From positions 1-55,328 of the forward strand of contig JAGQJE010000333.1 in the NCBI GenBank assembly GCA_020430775.1: 55,328 nt of DNA, in the 5' to 3' direction. The first letter of the stretch is position 1, and every line of letters begins with the position of its first letter. A program made the position numbers and the translations under genes. The stretch comes from Myxococcales bacterium (lineage in GTDB: Bacteria; Myxococcota_A; Polyangia; Polyangiales; Houyiibacteriaceae). Under the pieces are notes generated by a model. It did no database searches, had not been told where the DNA came from, and worked only from the letters and a program-made list of their open reading frames with translations. This document shows, piece after piece, positions 32,394 to 42,352 of the stretch.

Positions 32394-35201
32394 TCAGCAC
32401 CGCGCGAGGTACGCGTCGGTCTGGGCGCGGACGGCCGCCTCCCGCTCCGCGGGGTCGACCTCGAGCACCTGCTCGTCGGGGGTGATCTTGAAGAGCGGCT
32501 GGCCCTTCGACACGATGGAGCCGTCGGTGTCGACGAGGATCGCGTCCACCGTCCCGGCGAAAGGCGCGTACACCTTGTTGAACATCTTCATCACTTCGAT
32601 GATGTAGAGCGGGTCGCCCGCGTCGAAGTGGGCGCCCTCGGCGACGAAGCGCGGCATCCCGGGCGCCTCTTGGCTGTAGTACATGCCGCCTGAGACGGCG
32701 ACGATCTCGTCGCCCTTCATCGTGGGCGGCGGGACGAGCACCTTCTTCATGCGGACCTGGAGCGCCGGGTCGAGCAGCCGCTCCGGCAGCGTGATCGTGA
32801 GGTCATCCTCGACGCGCAGGTCGTAGAACCCGACTCGCTCGGCGACCTGGGGCAGCAGGCTCAGCACCTCGAGACCGAGCTGATACCCGGCGTGCGCGGC
32901 CCGCAGCTTCTCCCACAGCGCGCCCCCGAACCCGAAGGCGGGTTTCTCCGCGCGGAGCGCCGCGTCCAGGTCCTCCCAGGCGACGTCGCCGGCTCGCTCG
33001 CGGAGCTTCCGGTAGAAGTCGAGCGCCGTGGTGAGCAGCTCCTGGTCCGCGTCCCAGATGCGCTCTGCGGCCGGAAGCGCGCGCCCACCCTCCATGTCGA
33101 GCAGGCGGTAGGTCTCGGCGAGCACCTCGACGGGGTTGCGGAGCCACGTGACGCAGCCGTCCTCGACGCGGAAGTCGCCCTTGTGCTGGCTGAGCCAGGC
33201 GGACAGGCGGTGCGGCTCCTCCTGCAGCAGCCGCAGCGGGCGCTTCACGAGGGTCTGCTTCAGCTCGAAGAGCGTGCGGACCTCGGCCGCGTCGGCGCCC
33301 TCGAAGCGCGCCACCGTGCGCTGCGCGAGCGTGCGGAACGCATAGCCGATGTCGACGGACTGGAACGCCTCGTGGAGCTGCCCGACGAGGGTGAGGTAGG
33401 GCACGACGAAGCGCGTAGTCGGCTTCGCGTTCACGCCGTTCGCGAGGAGCCAGCGGACCAGGCCGTGGTGGAAGTGCAGGTTCGTCTGCAGGTCAGGCCC
33501 GCGCATGCGCGTCTGGCGGAGCACCTCGGCGAGCCGCTCGAAGCTCTCGCGGCGGTCGGCGCCGGTCGTCAGGATGAGCGCGACGTTGCTGTCGTATGCG
33601 CCGGCGAGCTTGTAGCGAACGAAGAGGCCGACGTCGGGGTTCTTGAAGCAGATGCCCTGGTCGTCGCGGATCTCGCCGTCGATGGGGTCGGACCAGTAGA
33701 CGATCTCGCCGCCGGCGCTCGGTGACAGAGAGCGGTCGGTCGCGTTGAGTCGCGCCTCGACGGCCGCGGCCTCCCGCCGGACGCGGTCGGGGCGCGGCAG
33801 GCGCCGCTTGTGCTTCGCGAGCAGCGCCATCGCCTCGACGAGCGACTCGACGTCGAAGGAGTCCGCGGGGTCGTCTGGGTTGGTGAAGCGCAGCGCGTAG
33901 CAGAGCTCCGAGACGCGGTGCTCGACCTGGATGCGCGTGTTGACCTCCATGAAGTAGTGCCGCGTGCGGTCGACGATGCACTCGAAGGTCGACGCGGAGT
34001 CGAGCTTCACGGCGACGCCGAAGCGCTCCGCCTCGGCCTCCATCCGCCGGAGGATGTCGAGATCGGTCTCGAGGGTGTCGGCCGCGGTGGTGCGTCCGGC
34101 CGCGCGCTCCTGCTCCGCGGCCTCCGCGAGCCCTTCCTGCGTCAGCGAGACCTCGAGGAGCTTCTGTTCGTGCATCTGCAGCGAGCAGTCGCGCCCTCCG
34201 AGCGAGATGCACCACTCGCCGTTGCCGAGGAGCTGGATCTCGTTGTGGCGCGTCGTCTCGATGTTGAGCTCGATGAGGATGTTCTTGTTGTCGCCGACGC
34301 CGGTCGCCTTGACCTCGTTGAGCACCTCGCGGACGAGCCCGGGGGCGTCGGCCGCGTCGCCGAGGATGCGCTGGCCCTTGCCGCCGCCGCCGCCGATCGC
34401 CTTCAGGCGGACGCGGTTGCCGTCGTATTCGGCGAGCATCTCGGCCACGTCCTTGCGGATCTGCTCGGCGAGCTCGTCGATCGTGTACAGGTCGAGGCCG
34501 GCCGCGTAGCTCGCCTCGAGGACGGCGTCCGCGGCGTCCGCGAGCGACACGTCCGGGTCCGCGAGCGCCGGCACCTCGAGCGAGTGCTTCGCCGCGACCT
34601 TGCGCAGCGCGGCGAGGTCCGGGTGCTTCGCGAGGAGGGTCCGCGCCGTGGCGTCGTTGATGCCCGGCGTGACGCTCACGTCCTCGTCGAGCGCAGTGCG
34701 CTTCGCCTCGTCTTTGCGCCCCGCCGCGTCCACGGTGTGCGAGCACGGGCCGATGAACGAGAGCCCCGCGTCCTCGAGCGCGCGCACGAGCTCGACGTCT
34801 TCCGCCATGAACCCGTAGCCCGCGAAGACGTACTGGTAGCCGTGGTCGCGCGCGATCCCGATGATGTCGCGGATGCGCTGGTGGCGCTCTTCTTTGGTGG
34901 CGCCGGTGTAGTCCGGGACGTGATGGACGTGCGAAGGATCGATGCGGCGCAGCTCGGGCGCGAGCGCGCGCGGGTAGACGATCGAGTCCTTCTCGGAAAG
35001 CAGGATGCCGACGTGGGTCATGCCCATCTCACGGAAGACGTCGAGCGCCTCCTGGCGGATGGGGCCGCGGCAGATGACGAGGACGGTCATGTCCTCGCAG
35101 GCGAACGAGCGCACCCACTCGGACGGGTGGTCGGCCAGGCGCCGGTCCCGGTGGATGAAGGGATTGTCGAGGTATCGGTCGGTGAGCTGCTGCGCGGACA
35201 T
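32394..35201 (-). CDS. long biotin carboxylase (ATP-grasp) - BCCP fusion protein, acyl-CoA carboxylase alpha-like
   Basis: ORF 32394..36350 trimmed to ATG 35201 ([10 protein letters not shown]...). It has the ATP-grasp Gly loop GGGGGKGQRI and MEVNTRIQVEH. The C-terminal biotinyl domain carries IIEVMKMFNKV. The protein is 935 aa. It overlaps the upstream stop by 1 nt (TGATG). Confidence 0.9.
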   Translation of the reverse strand: MSAQQLTDRYLDNPFIHRDRRLADHPSEWVRSFACEDMTVLVICRGPIRQEALDVFREMGMTHVGILLSEKDSIVYPRALAPELRRIDPSHVHHVPDYTGATKEERHQRIRDIIGIARDHGYQYVFAGYGFMAEDVELVRALEDAGLSFIGPCSHTVDAAGRKDEAKRTALDEDVSVTPGINDATARTLLAKHPDLAALRKVAAKHSLEVPALADPDVSLADAADAVLEASYAAGLDLYTIDELAEQIRKDVAEMLAEYDGNRVRLKAIGGGGGKGQRILGDAADAPGLVREVLNEVKATGVGDNKNILIELNIETTRHNEIQLLGNGEWCISLGGRDCSLQMHEQKLLEVSLTQEGLAEAAEQERAAGRTTAADTLETDLDILRRMEAEAERFGVAVKLDSASTFECIVDRTRHYFMEVNTRIQVEHRVSELCYALRFTNPDDPADSFDVESLVEAMALLAKHKRRLPRPDRVRREAAAVEARLNATDRSLSPSAGGEIVYWSDPIDGEIRDDQGICFKNPDVGLFVRYKLAGAYDSNVALILTTGADRRESFERLAEVLRQTRMRGPDLQTNLHFHHGLVRWLLANGVNAKPTTRFVVPYLTLVGQLHEAFQSVDIGYAFRTLAQRTVARFEGADAAEVRTLFELKQTLVKRPLRLLQEEPHRLSAWLSQHKGDFRVEDGCVTWLRNPVEVLAETYRLLDMEGGRALPAAERIWDADQELLTTALDFYRKLRERAGDVAWEDLDAALRAEKPAFGFGGALWEKLRAAHAGYQLGLEVLSLLPQVAERVGFYDLRVEDDLTITLPERLLDPALQVRMKKVLVPPPTMKGDEIVAVSGGMYYSQEAPGMPRFVAEGAHFDAGDPLYIIEVMKMFNKVYAPFAGTVDAILVDTDGSIVSKGQPLFKITPDEQVLEVDPAEREAAVRAQTDAYLARC

Positions 35202-36910
35202 CAGTGGTACTCCCGCTGGACCGAGGTGAGCGGCTCGGGGGTGTAGTTGCGTAGGTAGAAGAGCAACGCCTTGGCGAGCGAGGCGCGGACGTCGGCGGGC
35301 ATCACGATCTCGGAGATGGAGCCGAGGCTGAGCGCCTCCTTCGGGTTCATCAGCTCGCGCTCGTAGCGCAGGGTGAAGCCGGCCTCTTGCTCCTTCACCC
35401 AGGCGTCGACCTGGGCCCTCGCCTCCCCCTCGTCGAGCCCCTGCTCGCGCAGCTCGGCGACCCGACGCGGCACGGACGCGCGCATCGCTCGGAGCTCTTT
35501 CTTGTAGACGAACTCCTTGCCCGCGGGGCCCATCACCGCGACGCGCGTCGTCGGCAGGGCGATGACGTGGTCGGCGCCGGTCGCATAGCAGTTGAACGCG
35601 GCGTAGGCGCCGCCGAAGGCGTTTCGGATGATCACGAGCAGGCGCGGCGTGCGCAGATCGATGATCGAGTCGAGCATCGCGCGGCCCGCCTGGACGATGC
35701 CGCGGCTCTCCTGCTCCTGCCCGGGCAGAAAGCCCGTCGTGTCCTCGAGGAAGATGACGGGGATATTGTAGAGGTTGCAGAAGCGGATGAAGCGCGCGTT
35801 CTTGTAGGCGGCGTCGCAGTCGATCTGGCCGGAGTTGACCGCGCTGTTGTTCGCGACGAAACCGACGACGTGGCCGCCGACGCGCCCGAACGCGGTGATG
35901 GTGTTGCGCGCGCGCTGGGGCTGCAGCTCGAAATAGTCGCCGTGATCGCAGACGAGCTGGATGAGGATGCTCACGTCGATCGGCGTGTTGAAGCCGGTCG
36001 GCGAGTTGAACGCCTTGCGGAGCAGGGTGTCGATCTCCGACGTCGGGCGGTCGAGCGGATCGGAGGTCGCCTGATAGGGGGCGAGGCAGTGGTTGTGGCT
36101 CGGCAGGTAGCTGAGCAGGCGCTTGGCGGTCCGCAGCGCGCCCACCTCGTCGTCGACCGTGAGGTCCACCACCCCGGACTGCCCGTGCACCCCCGGGCCG
36201 CCGAGCTCGTCCGCGGTGACGTCCTCGCCGAGCACGCTCTTGACGACGCCCGGCCCAGTGAGGCCGAAGAACGTGTCGCGCGGCTGGATCATGAAGCTGC
36301 CCTGCCGCGGCAGGTACGCGCCGCCGCCGGCGTTGTAGCCGAACATGCACATCACGCTCGGCACGACGCCGCTGATCTTGCGCAGCGCGGTGAACGCCTC
36401 CGCGTACCCGTCGAGCCCGCCGACGCCGGCCGGGACGAACGCGCCTGCGCTGTCGTTCATGCCGATGAGCGGCAAGCCCTGCTCCCCGGCGAGGCGGATG
36501 AGGTTCGCGAGCTTGCGCCCGTTCGTGGCGTCCATCGAGCCGGCGCGGACGGTGAAGTCGTGGCCGTAGACCGCCACGTCGCGGCCGTGGACCTTGAGGA
36601 TGCCGGTCACCAGCGAGGCGCCGTCGAGGTTCGGCCCCCAGTTCTGGAAGAGCACGGTCGGGTCGGTGCCTCTGTCCCGGAGGACGTCGAGGCGCTCCCA
36701 GACCGTCATGCGGTTCTTCAGGTGCTGGCGGCCGATCTGGACGCGTCCGGCAGCCTCGCGGGGACGCGCCCGCAGCGCGAGCCCGTCAGCGACCGCCTCA
36801 TCGTAGGGACCCGGCTCCCCGCCGGCCGGCGGGAGTGTCCCTGCCGCCGGCTTCGGCTCGGCGGCGAGCGGGTCGGTGAGCGTGGGTACGACGAGCGGAT
36901 GTTGCGACAT
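35201..36910 (-). CDS. acyl-CoA carboxylase carboxyltransferase (beta) subunit
   Basis: ORF 35201..36985 trimmed to ATG 36910. The carboxyl_trans domain is conserved throughout ([52 protein letters not shown]). Confidence 0.92.
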   Translation of the reverse strand: MSQHPLVVPTLTDPLAAEPKPAAGTLPPAGGEPGPYDEAVADGLALRARPREAAGRVQIGRQHLKNRMTVWERLDVLRDRGTDPTVLFQNWGPNLDGASLVTGILKVHGRDVAVYGHDFTVRAGSMDATNGRKLANLIRLAGEQGLPLIGMNDSAGAFVPAGVGGLDGYAEAFTALRKISGVVPSVMCMFGYNAGGGAYLPRQGSFMIQPRDTFFGLTGPGVVKSVLGEDVTADELGGPGVHGQSGVVDLTVDDEVGALRTAKRLLSYLPSHNHCLAPYQATSDPLDRPTSEIDTLLRKAFNSPTGFNTPIDVSILIQLVCDHGDYFELQPQRARNTITAFGRVGGHVVGFVANNSAVNSGQIDCDAAYKNARFIRFCNLYNIPVIFLEDTTGFLPGQEQESRGIVQAGRAMLDSIIDLRTPRLLVIIRNAFGGAYAAFNCYATGADHVIALPTTRVAVMGPAGKEFVYKKELRAMRASVPRRVAELREQGLDEGEARAQVDAWVKEQEAGFTLRYERELMNPKEALSLGSISEIVMPADVRASLAKALLFYLRNYTPEPLTSVQREYH

Positions 36911-37385
36911 GGGCGACCTTGCCTCGAAGCGTGCGTGCGATGGGGCGCGACCGGCGTAGGGCCGGCGCTGCCACGGCGACGCCATCTCGGGGAGGCCGGG
37001 GCGAGCGTCGCGGCCGCCAGCCTACCCCAACGTGGCAGGCTTTTTAGAGGCTATGGGCGCCAAACGCCAGCAGAACCCACCCTAGACGAGGACGCGGTCA
37101 CCCCGTCGCGCGGGCAGGTCAGTCGGGGCCGGCGCTCGGGGGCGACGCCTCGCGCGCGTCGCAGGCAGGGGAACTGCCATCACCGCTCGGCCGCTCGGCC
37201 ATCTCCGCCGGTCCGCTCCGCCGCTCGGTCGCTCAGCGGCTCGGCCGCCCAGGTGCTCGGCTGCAGGCTTTCGCCTACAGCCCTGACCGTGGTAGGAGCG
37301 AGGTACCGTGCCGCTTCGCGTGGAGCACTCGGTGAGCCGCCCCGCGGGTCGTCGATCCGGATCGCCGCAAGGAAACGCCGTCGCC

Positions 37386-37910
37386 ATGGAATCTCTCGTC
37401 CTCACGATCATCGGCCCCGACAGGCCAGGCCTCGTGCAGTCGCTCTCGCGCGTCATAGACGCCCACGAGGGGAGCTGGGAGCAGAGCCGCATGGCGCACC
37501 TCGGCGGCCAGTTCGCCGGGCTGCTGCGCGTCCAGGTCCCGCCGGAGCGCGTCGCGGAGTTGGAGACGGCGCTCGGGAACATCGGCGACGGGGGCCTGCG
37601 CGTCGTGGTCGAGCGCGGCGGCGCGGACGTCGCGCCGGAGCGGCTCGGCCTCGCGCGCCTCGAGGTCGTCGGCGGGGACCGCCCCGGCATCATCCGGCAG
37701 CTCTCGGCCGCGCTCGCCGAGCTCGGCGTCAACGTCGAAGAGCTGCACACGGAGTGCGAGGGCGCGCCCTGGTCCGGCGAGCCGCTCTTCAAGGCCCGCG
37801 CCCGGCTGCGCGTCCCCGAGCACCTCGAGCTCGAGCAGGTGCGCACGAAGCTCGAGGAGATCGCCGCGGACCTGATGGTGGACATCAGCCTGCAAGGCGA
37901 GAAACCCTAG
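37386..37910 (+). CDS. tandem ACT-domain protein (GcvR-like)
   Basis: ORF 37308..37910 trimmed to ATG 37386. It has two ACT-like units, LVLTIIGPDRPGLVQSLSRVI and LEVVGGDRPGIIRQLSAALAELGVNV. The protein is 174 aa. Confidence 0.75.
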   Translation: MESLVLTIIGPDRPGLVQSLSRVIDAHEGSWEQSRMAHLGGQFAGLLRVQVPPERVAELETALGNIGDGGLRVVVERGGADVAPERLGLARLEVVGGDRPGIIRQLSAALAELGVNVEELHTECEGAPWSGEPLFKARARLRVPEHLELEQVRTKLEEIAADLMVDISLQGEKP

Positions 37911-37956
37911 CCGCCCGAGCGCAGGCACCCGGCGCCGAGGGAACGAGCGCGAGGGC

Positions 37957-39840
37957 TCAGCGACCGGCGCCGAGCACCGTGGCTATCTCGTCGAGGACGG
38001 CCGGGTCTTCGATGGTGGCGGGGACGTCGTATTCGGCGCCCTCGGCGATGCGCTTCATCGTGCCCCTGAGGATCTTGCCGCTCCGGGTCTTGGGCAGGCG
38101 TTCGACGACGACCGCCTGACGAAACGCGGCGACCGGCCCGATCGACTCGCGGACCTGCGCGATGACCTCGGCGACGATCTCCCCGTGATCGCGCGCGCAG
38201 TCGCCCCGCAGCACGAGCAAGCCGAGCGGGACCTCGCCCTTCAGCGGGTCCTTGACGCCGATGACCGCGCACTCCGCCACGTCCGGGTGGCTCGCGAGGA
38301 CCTCCTCCATCGCGCCGGTCGACAGGCGGTGTCCCGCGACGTTGATGATGTCGTCGGTGCGCGACATCACGTGCACGTAGCCGTCCGCGTCGATGTAACC
38401 CGCGTCGGCGGTGTTGTAGTACCCGGGGAACGCGCTCAAGTACGACGCGATGAAGCGCTCGTCCGAGCCCCAGAGCGTCGGGAGGCTGCCGGGCGGGAGC
38501 GGGAGCTTCAGCGCGAGGGAGCCGGTCACGCCCGGCCCCGTGTCGCGGCCGCGCTCGTCGAGCACGTGGACCTGCCAGCCCGGCACGGGGCGCGTCGGTG
38601 AGCCCGGCTTGATGGGCAGCGCCTCGATGCCGAGGCAGTTCGACACGATCGGCCAGCCCGTCTCGGTCTGCCACCAGTTGTCGATGACCGGCACGCCGAG
38701 CTGCGCCTGCGCCCACTCGAGCGTGTCGGGGTCCGAGCGTTCGCCGGCGAGGAAGAGCGCGCGGAAGCGGGAGAGGTCGTAAGCGCCCCGCAGCGCCCCG
38801 TCCGGATCGACCTTGCGGATGGCGCGGATCGCGGTCGGCGCCGTGAAGAGCGTCTGAACGCCGTGCTCGGCGATGACGCGCCAGAAGGCGCCCGCGTCGG
38901 GTGTGCCGACCGGCTTGCCCTCGTAGAGCAGCGTCGTGTTCCCGTTCAGCAGCGGCCCGTAGACGATGTACGAGTGGCCGACGACCCACCCGACGTCCGA
39001 GGCGGCCCAGTAGACCTCGCCAGGCTGCATCCCGTAGACGTTCTGCATCGACCACCGGAGCGCGACCGCGTGCCCGCCGTTGTCGCGGACGATGCCCTTC
39101 GGGTTGCCGGTCGTGCCGGAGGTGTAGAGCACGTAGAGGGGATCGGTCGCCGCTACTCCGACGCAGGGGTGCGGCGGGGCGCCTTCGATGGCCTCCGCCC
39201 ACGTCACGTCTCTGCCCGGCGTCAGCTCGGCTGGCGCGCGGTCGCGCTGCACGATGACGCAACGCTCCGGCGCGTGGCTCGCCCGCGCGAGCGCAGCGTC
39301 GAGCAGCGGCTTGTACTCGACGACGCGCTTCGGCTCGATGCCGCACGACGCGGTCACGATCACCTTCGGCTTCGCGTCGTCGATGCGGGCGGCGAGCTCG
39401 CGCGCCGCGAACCCTCCGAAGACCACCGAGTGCACCGCGCCGAGCCGCGCGCAGGCGAGCATCGCGATGGCCGCCTCCGGGATCATCGGCATGTAGATCA
39501 CGACGCGGTCGCCCTTGACGACGCCGAGCCGGGCGAGCGCGCCGGCGAAGCGAGCGACCTCGTCGCGCAGCTCGCGGAACGTATAGGTGCGCTGCGTATC
39601 CGTGACGGGGCTGTCGTAGATCAGCGCGGGCGCCTTCCCGCGTCCCGCGGCGACGTGGCGATCGAGCGCGTTGTGGCAGGTGTTGAGCTGCGCGCCCACG
39701 AACCACCGATAGAGCGGCGGCTTACTCTCATCGAGGATCTGCTCCGGCTCGCGGAACCACTCGATCTCGCGCGCCGCCTCCGCCCAGAACCCCTGCGGAT
39801 CACGCCGCGCGCGCTCGCAGATCTCGTCGAAGCGTCCCAT
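37957..39840 (-). CDS. prpE: propionate--CoA ligase (propionyl-CoA synthetase)
   Basis: 627 aa. The AMP-forming acyl-CoA synthetase motifs are YTSGTTGNPKG, WQTETG and SGKILR. The N-terminus FWAEAAREIEWF...LNTCHNALDRH and the length fit PrpE better than Acs. Confidence 0.8.
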   Translation of the reverse strand: MGRFDEICERARRDPQGFWAEAAREIEWFREPEQILDESKPPLYRWFVGAQLNTCHNALDRHVAAGRGKAPALIYDSPVTDTQRTYTFRELRDEVARFAGALARLGVVKGDRVVIYMPMIPEAAIAMLACARLGAVHSVVFGGFAARELAARIDDAKPKVIVTASCGIEPKRVVEYKPLLDAALARASHAPERCVIVQRDRAPAELTPGRDVTWAEAIEGAPPHPCVGVAATDPLYVLYTSGTTGNPKGIVRDNGGHAVALRWSMQNVYGMQPGEVYWAASDVGWVVGHSYIVYGPLLNGNTTLLYEGKPVGTPDAGAFWRVIAEHGVQTLFTAPTAIRAIRKVDPDGALRGAYDLSRFRALFLAGERSDPDTLEWAQAQLGVPVIDNWWQTETGWPIVSNCLGIEALPIKPGSPTRPVPGWQVHVLDERGRDTGPGVTGSLALKLPLPPGSLPTLWGSDERFIASYLSAFPGYYNTADAGYIDADGYVHVMSRTDDIINVAGHRLSTGAMEEVLASHPDVAECAVIGVKDPLKGEVPLGLLVLRGDCARDHGEIVAEVIAQVRESIGPVAAFRQAVVVERLPKTRSGKILRGTMKRIAEGAEYDVPATIEDPAVLDEIATVLGAGR

Positions 39841-39935
39841 CCCGCCTTCCTACCACGCCCGCACGCCGGCGGCGCAACCGCGCGCCCGGACCCTCCTCGA
39901 TGCCTGAGCGACGCGGCCGCGGGGCCGCTCACGCG

Positions 39936-41351
39936 CTATCGCTGGGCCGGAGCGGACCGGGGAGGCGACGCCGGCTCGCGTCGATCGAGCGGCGGGAAGG
40001 GGTGAGCGACGCCCTCCCCTGGGCCCGGAACCCAAGGCTCGAGCGTCGACGCCTTGGCGCGCGCCTTGGCGTCGCCTGTGACCTCGAACGAGACGACGCG
40101 GGCCACCTCGCCGTCGAGGCGGATGGTCGCGGTCCACTCGCCAGGCGCTCCCGTGAGTGTCCGGTTCCAAAACCACACCGAGCTTGGGTAGGGAATGGTC
40201 AACTTGCCGCGCAGGTCGTCAAATCGGCTCCCGTCACCGCGACGCACCTCGATCGCGACGGTGTCCCCCACGATCCCGTCGGCGAGCGTGAGCCCGAAGC
40301 CCATCGTCGTCGCCACCGGCACGGAGGTCACGTTCGGCGCGGCTTGCGTGAACACGGTGGCGAGATCGGCGGACGGGAAGGGCGTAGCGCGGAACGTCAC
40401 CTCGAACAGGCGCATCGGCGCGTCGTACGTAGGTGGGTCGAGCACGAGGCCGGTGAGAAAGGGGTCGATAGGGGCGCCGCCGCAGTCGCGCAGCTCGACG
40501 TGTACGTGCGGCCCGTTGGAACATCCAGAAGAGCCGACCTCGCCGAGGTAGGTGCCCGCTTGGATGGTTTGACCCGGCTCGACCGCGATCGTGTCCTTCT
40601 TGAAGTGCAGGTACTCGAAGTAGTAGCCGCTCGGGTGGGTCACGTAGACCGCGTTCACCGAGTCTCCGCAGCCGGGCAAGAACGCGACGTTGCGGTCGAA
40701 GTTCCCGTCGGTCGTTCGCATCACCGTACCGGGCGCGACGGCATAGACCCCGACGCCGCGGTCCATGTTGCGAAAGCTCCCGATGGACACATCGAGGCCC
40801 GTGTGACCGTCGTAGGTCTTCGCGTCGACTCCGCGCTCGCCCACGTAGTCCTCGATCTGCCCAGCGGCCGGATCGAGATCGAAGTAGTTGCGCAGTAACT
40901 AGTCTTTTCCGCGCTCACCATGGATCGGCCAGCCCATCCACGGGGGGTCGAGGAGCACCCCCGGACACGCGCTCGGGCAACCGTAGCGCGCGACAGCACA
41001 GGCCAGCGGCGCACCCTGTGAGTCGAAGACCTGACCCACGCCACCGTCGTCGAGGCCGGTCCCGCCATCAGCCACGCCGGCGTCGTCGCGACCCCGCCCC
41101 GCATCAGCCGCGCCGGCGTCGTCGTGGCCGGACCCCGCGTCGGCCACACCGGCGTCGTCGAGGCCCGACCCGGCATCGTCAAGAAACATTGGGGACGGCG
41201 ACGGCGGGGCATCCGCGCCGCAGCCGACAACGACGCCAAACGCGCACAGCACCAACGCGAGCCCAGGACCTCGACGACACCTCTGCACGCGCGGGTCGTA
41301 TCGCGACCTCCTGGGTGGCGTCGAGCGCAAGCCGCGGCCAGAGCGATGCAC
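39936..41351 (-). pseudogene. M23 family metallopeptidase lipoprotein interrupted by an in-frame TAG (40899-40901)
   Basis: ORFs 40899..41351 and 39936..40844 are in the same frame. The first carries a signal peptide, lipobox VVVGC and a DDAG-rich linker. The second carries the M23 motifs YDGHTGLD and GPHVHVE. They are separated only by ...HGERGKD*LLRNYFDLDP... A GTG start at 41351 or 41288 is possible. Confidence 0.7.
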
Positions 41352-41498
41352 TCACTCGCCAGCCGAGGCGGGACAGGGACCGCCTGCCGGGCGTCGCTCA
41401 CGCGATGGACGCCCTCGCTCGCCGAAGCACCTGCGCAGAGCGCTCGGTCGCCCGCCGGTCGAGCGTGCTCAGCGCTGCGCGGCAGGCGTGAACGGGGG

Positions 41499-41514
41499 TG
41501 GCACGGGGCGTGCT
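41499..41514 (+). promoter_or_regulatory. candidate sigma54 (-24/-12) promoter
   Basis: TGGCACG-gggc-gTGCT has one mismatch to TGGCACG-N4-TTGCW. It lies 15 nt upstream of ATG 41529, which implies a nearly leaderless transcript. Confidence 0.35.
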
Positions 41515-41528
41515 GTTTCGGTAGAGGC

Positions 41529-42254
41529 ATGGACACTCACCACGCTCGTCTGCTCGGTGGTCGCCGCGAGGTTGTGGTCTTCGTCGCAGCGCTCTGGGTC
41601 GCCCAGATCGCGGGCGCCGCTACAGCTCGCGCCCAGGAGCGCCCGGTCGAACTTCGGTTCACCGTGCCGGGGGTACTGAGGGGGTGGTCGCACGCGAGGG
41701 CGCGCCACAGCGACGCCGGGGAAGAGCCGATCTACCTCGACGCCGCGCTCGGCGTTCGGGTCTTTCCGCACGGCCCCCACGGGCTCCTCCTCGACTACGA
41801 GGCGCGCTGGATCCCGCCGCTCAACTGGCTCGCCATCGACCTCGGCCCGCCGTCGAGCGCGGAGTGGGATTCACACACCGTCCACGTCGGCTGCGCGTAT
41901 CGCTGGGTCGTGTACGACCATCGACGGCCCGAGCGGCACCTCGCGTTCGCGATCACCCCGCACGCGAGCGTCGCGGTGGGCGCCGCGCTCGTCGACCCGG
42001 ACTCGTGCCCCGAGCCGTGTCTGAAGGAGGCGAAGCGCTGGAGCCCCCTCGTCGGCGCGCGCGTCGGGGTCGACGCCGACATGCACTTCGGACGCTTCCT
42101 GATGGGCTCGACCCTCACCTACGAGCTGCGCGCACCCACGCGCGGCCCCGTCGCCTACACCCACTTCGTCGGGTGGAAGGCCGTGCCCTTCATCCGCGCC
42201 GGCGTCGTCCTCGGCCCGCTACCCGAGCCCCGAATCACGCCCGCCGCCCACTGA
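41529..42254 (+). CDS. secreted protein of unknown function (possible beta-barrel)
   Basis: ORF 41124..42254 trimmed to ATG 41529. The signal peptide is VVVFVAALWVAQIAGAATARAQE. The protein is 241 aa with alternating beta-like segments. No family is recognised. Confidence 0.6.
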   Translation: MDTHHARLLGGRREVVVFVAALWVAQIAGAATARAQERPVELRFTVPGVLRGWSHARARHSDAGEEPIYLDAALGVRVFPHGPHGLLLDYEARWIPPLNWLAIDLGPPSSAEWDSHTVHVGCAYRWVVYDHRRPERHLAFAITPHASVAVGAALVDPDSCPEPCLKEAKRWSPLVGARVGVDADMHFGRFLMGSTLTYELRAPTRGPVAYTHFVGWKAVPFIRAGVVLGPLPEPRITPAAH

Positions 42255-42352
42255 GCCCGCGCGCACGCCTCTCGACGCCCTCGCCGAGGTGCCCGCCTCG
42301 ACCGGGGACATCGCGCGCCCCCAAGCACCGGAATCGACGTACCATCCCGCTC

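Noticed and set aside
37181-37262. Cluster of GCTCGG motifs upstream of the ACT-domain gene
   Set aside because: The spacing is irregular and the motif is short and GC-rich, so it is indistinguishable from background low-complexity sequence.
40896-40903. ACTAGT (SpeI site) with TAA/TAG stops around the amber codon, as a possible engineered insertion scar
   Set aside because: Only a single codon differs from an intact reading frame, and no foreign sequence flanks it. A point mutation or a sequencing error is simpler.
41684-42352. Upstream 220 codons of ORF 41684..43543
   Set aside because: It overlaps the secreted-protein gene 41529-42254 in another frame, and the translation is Arg/Pro-rich. 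The lower-GC nuclease-like coding signal begins only after about 42350.
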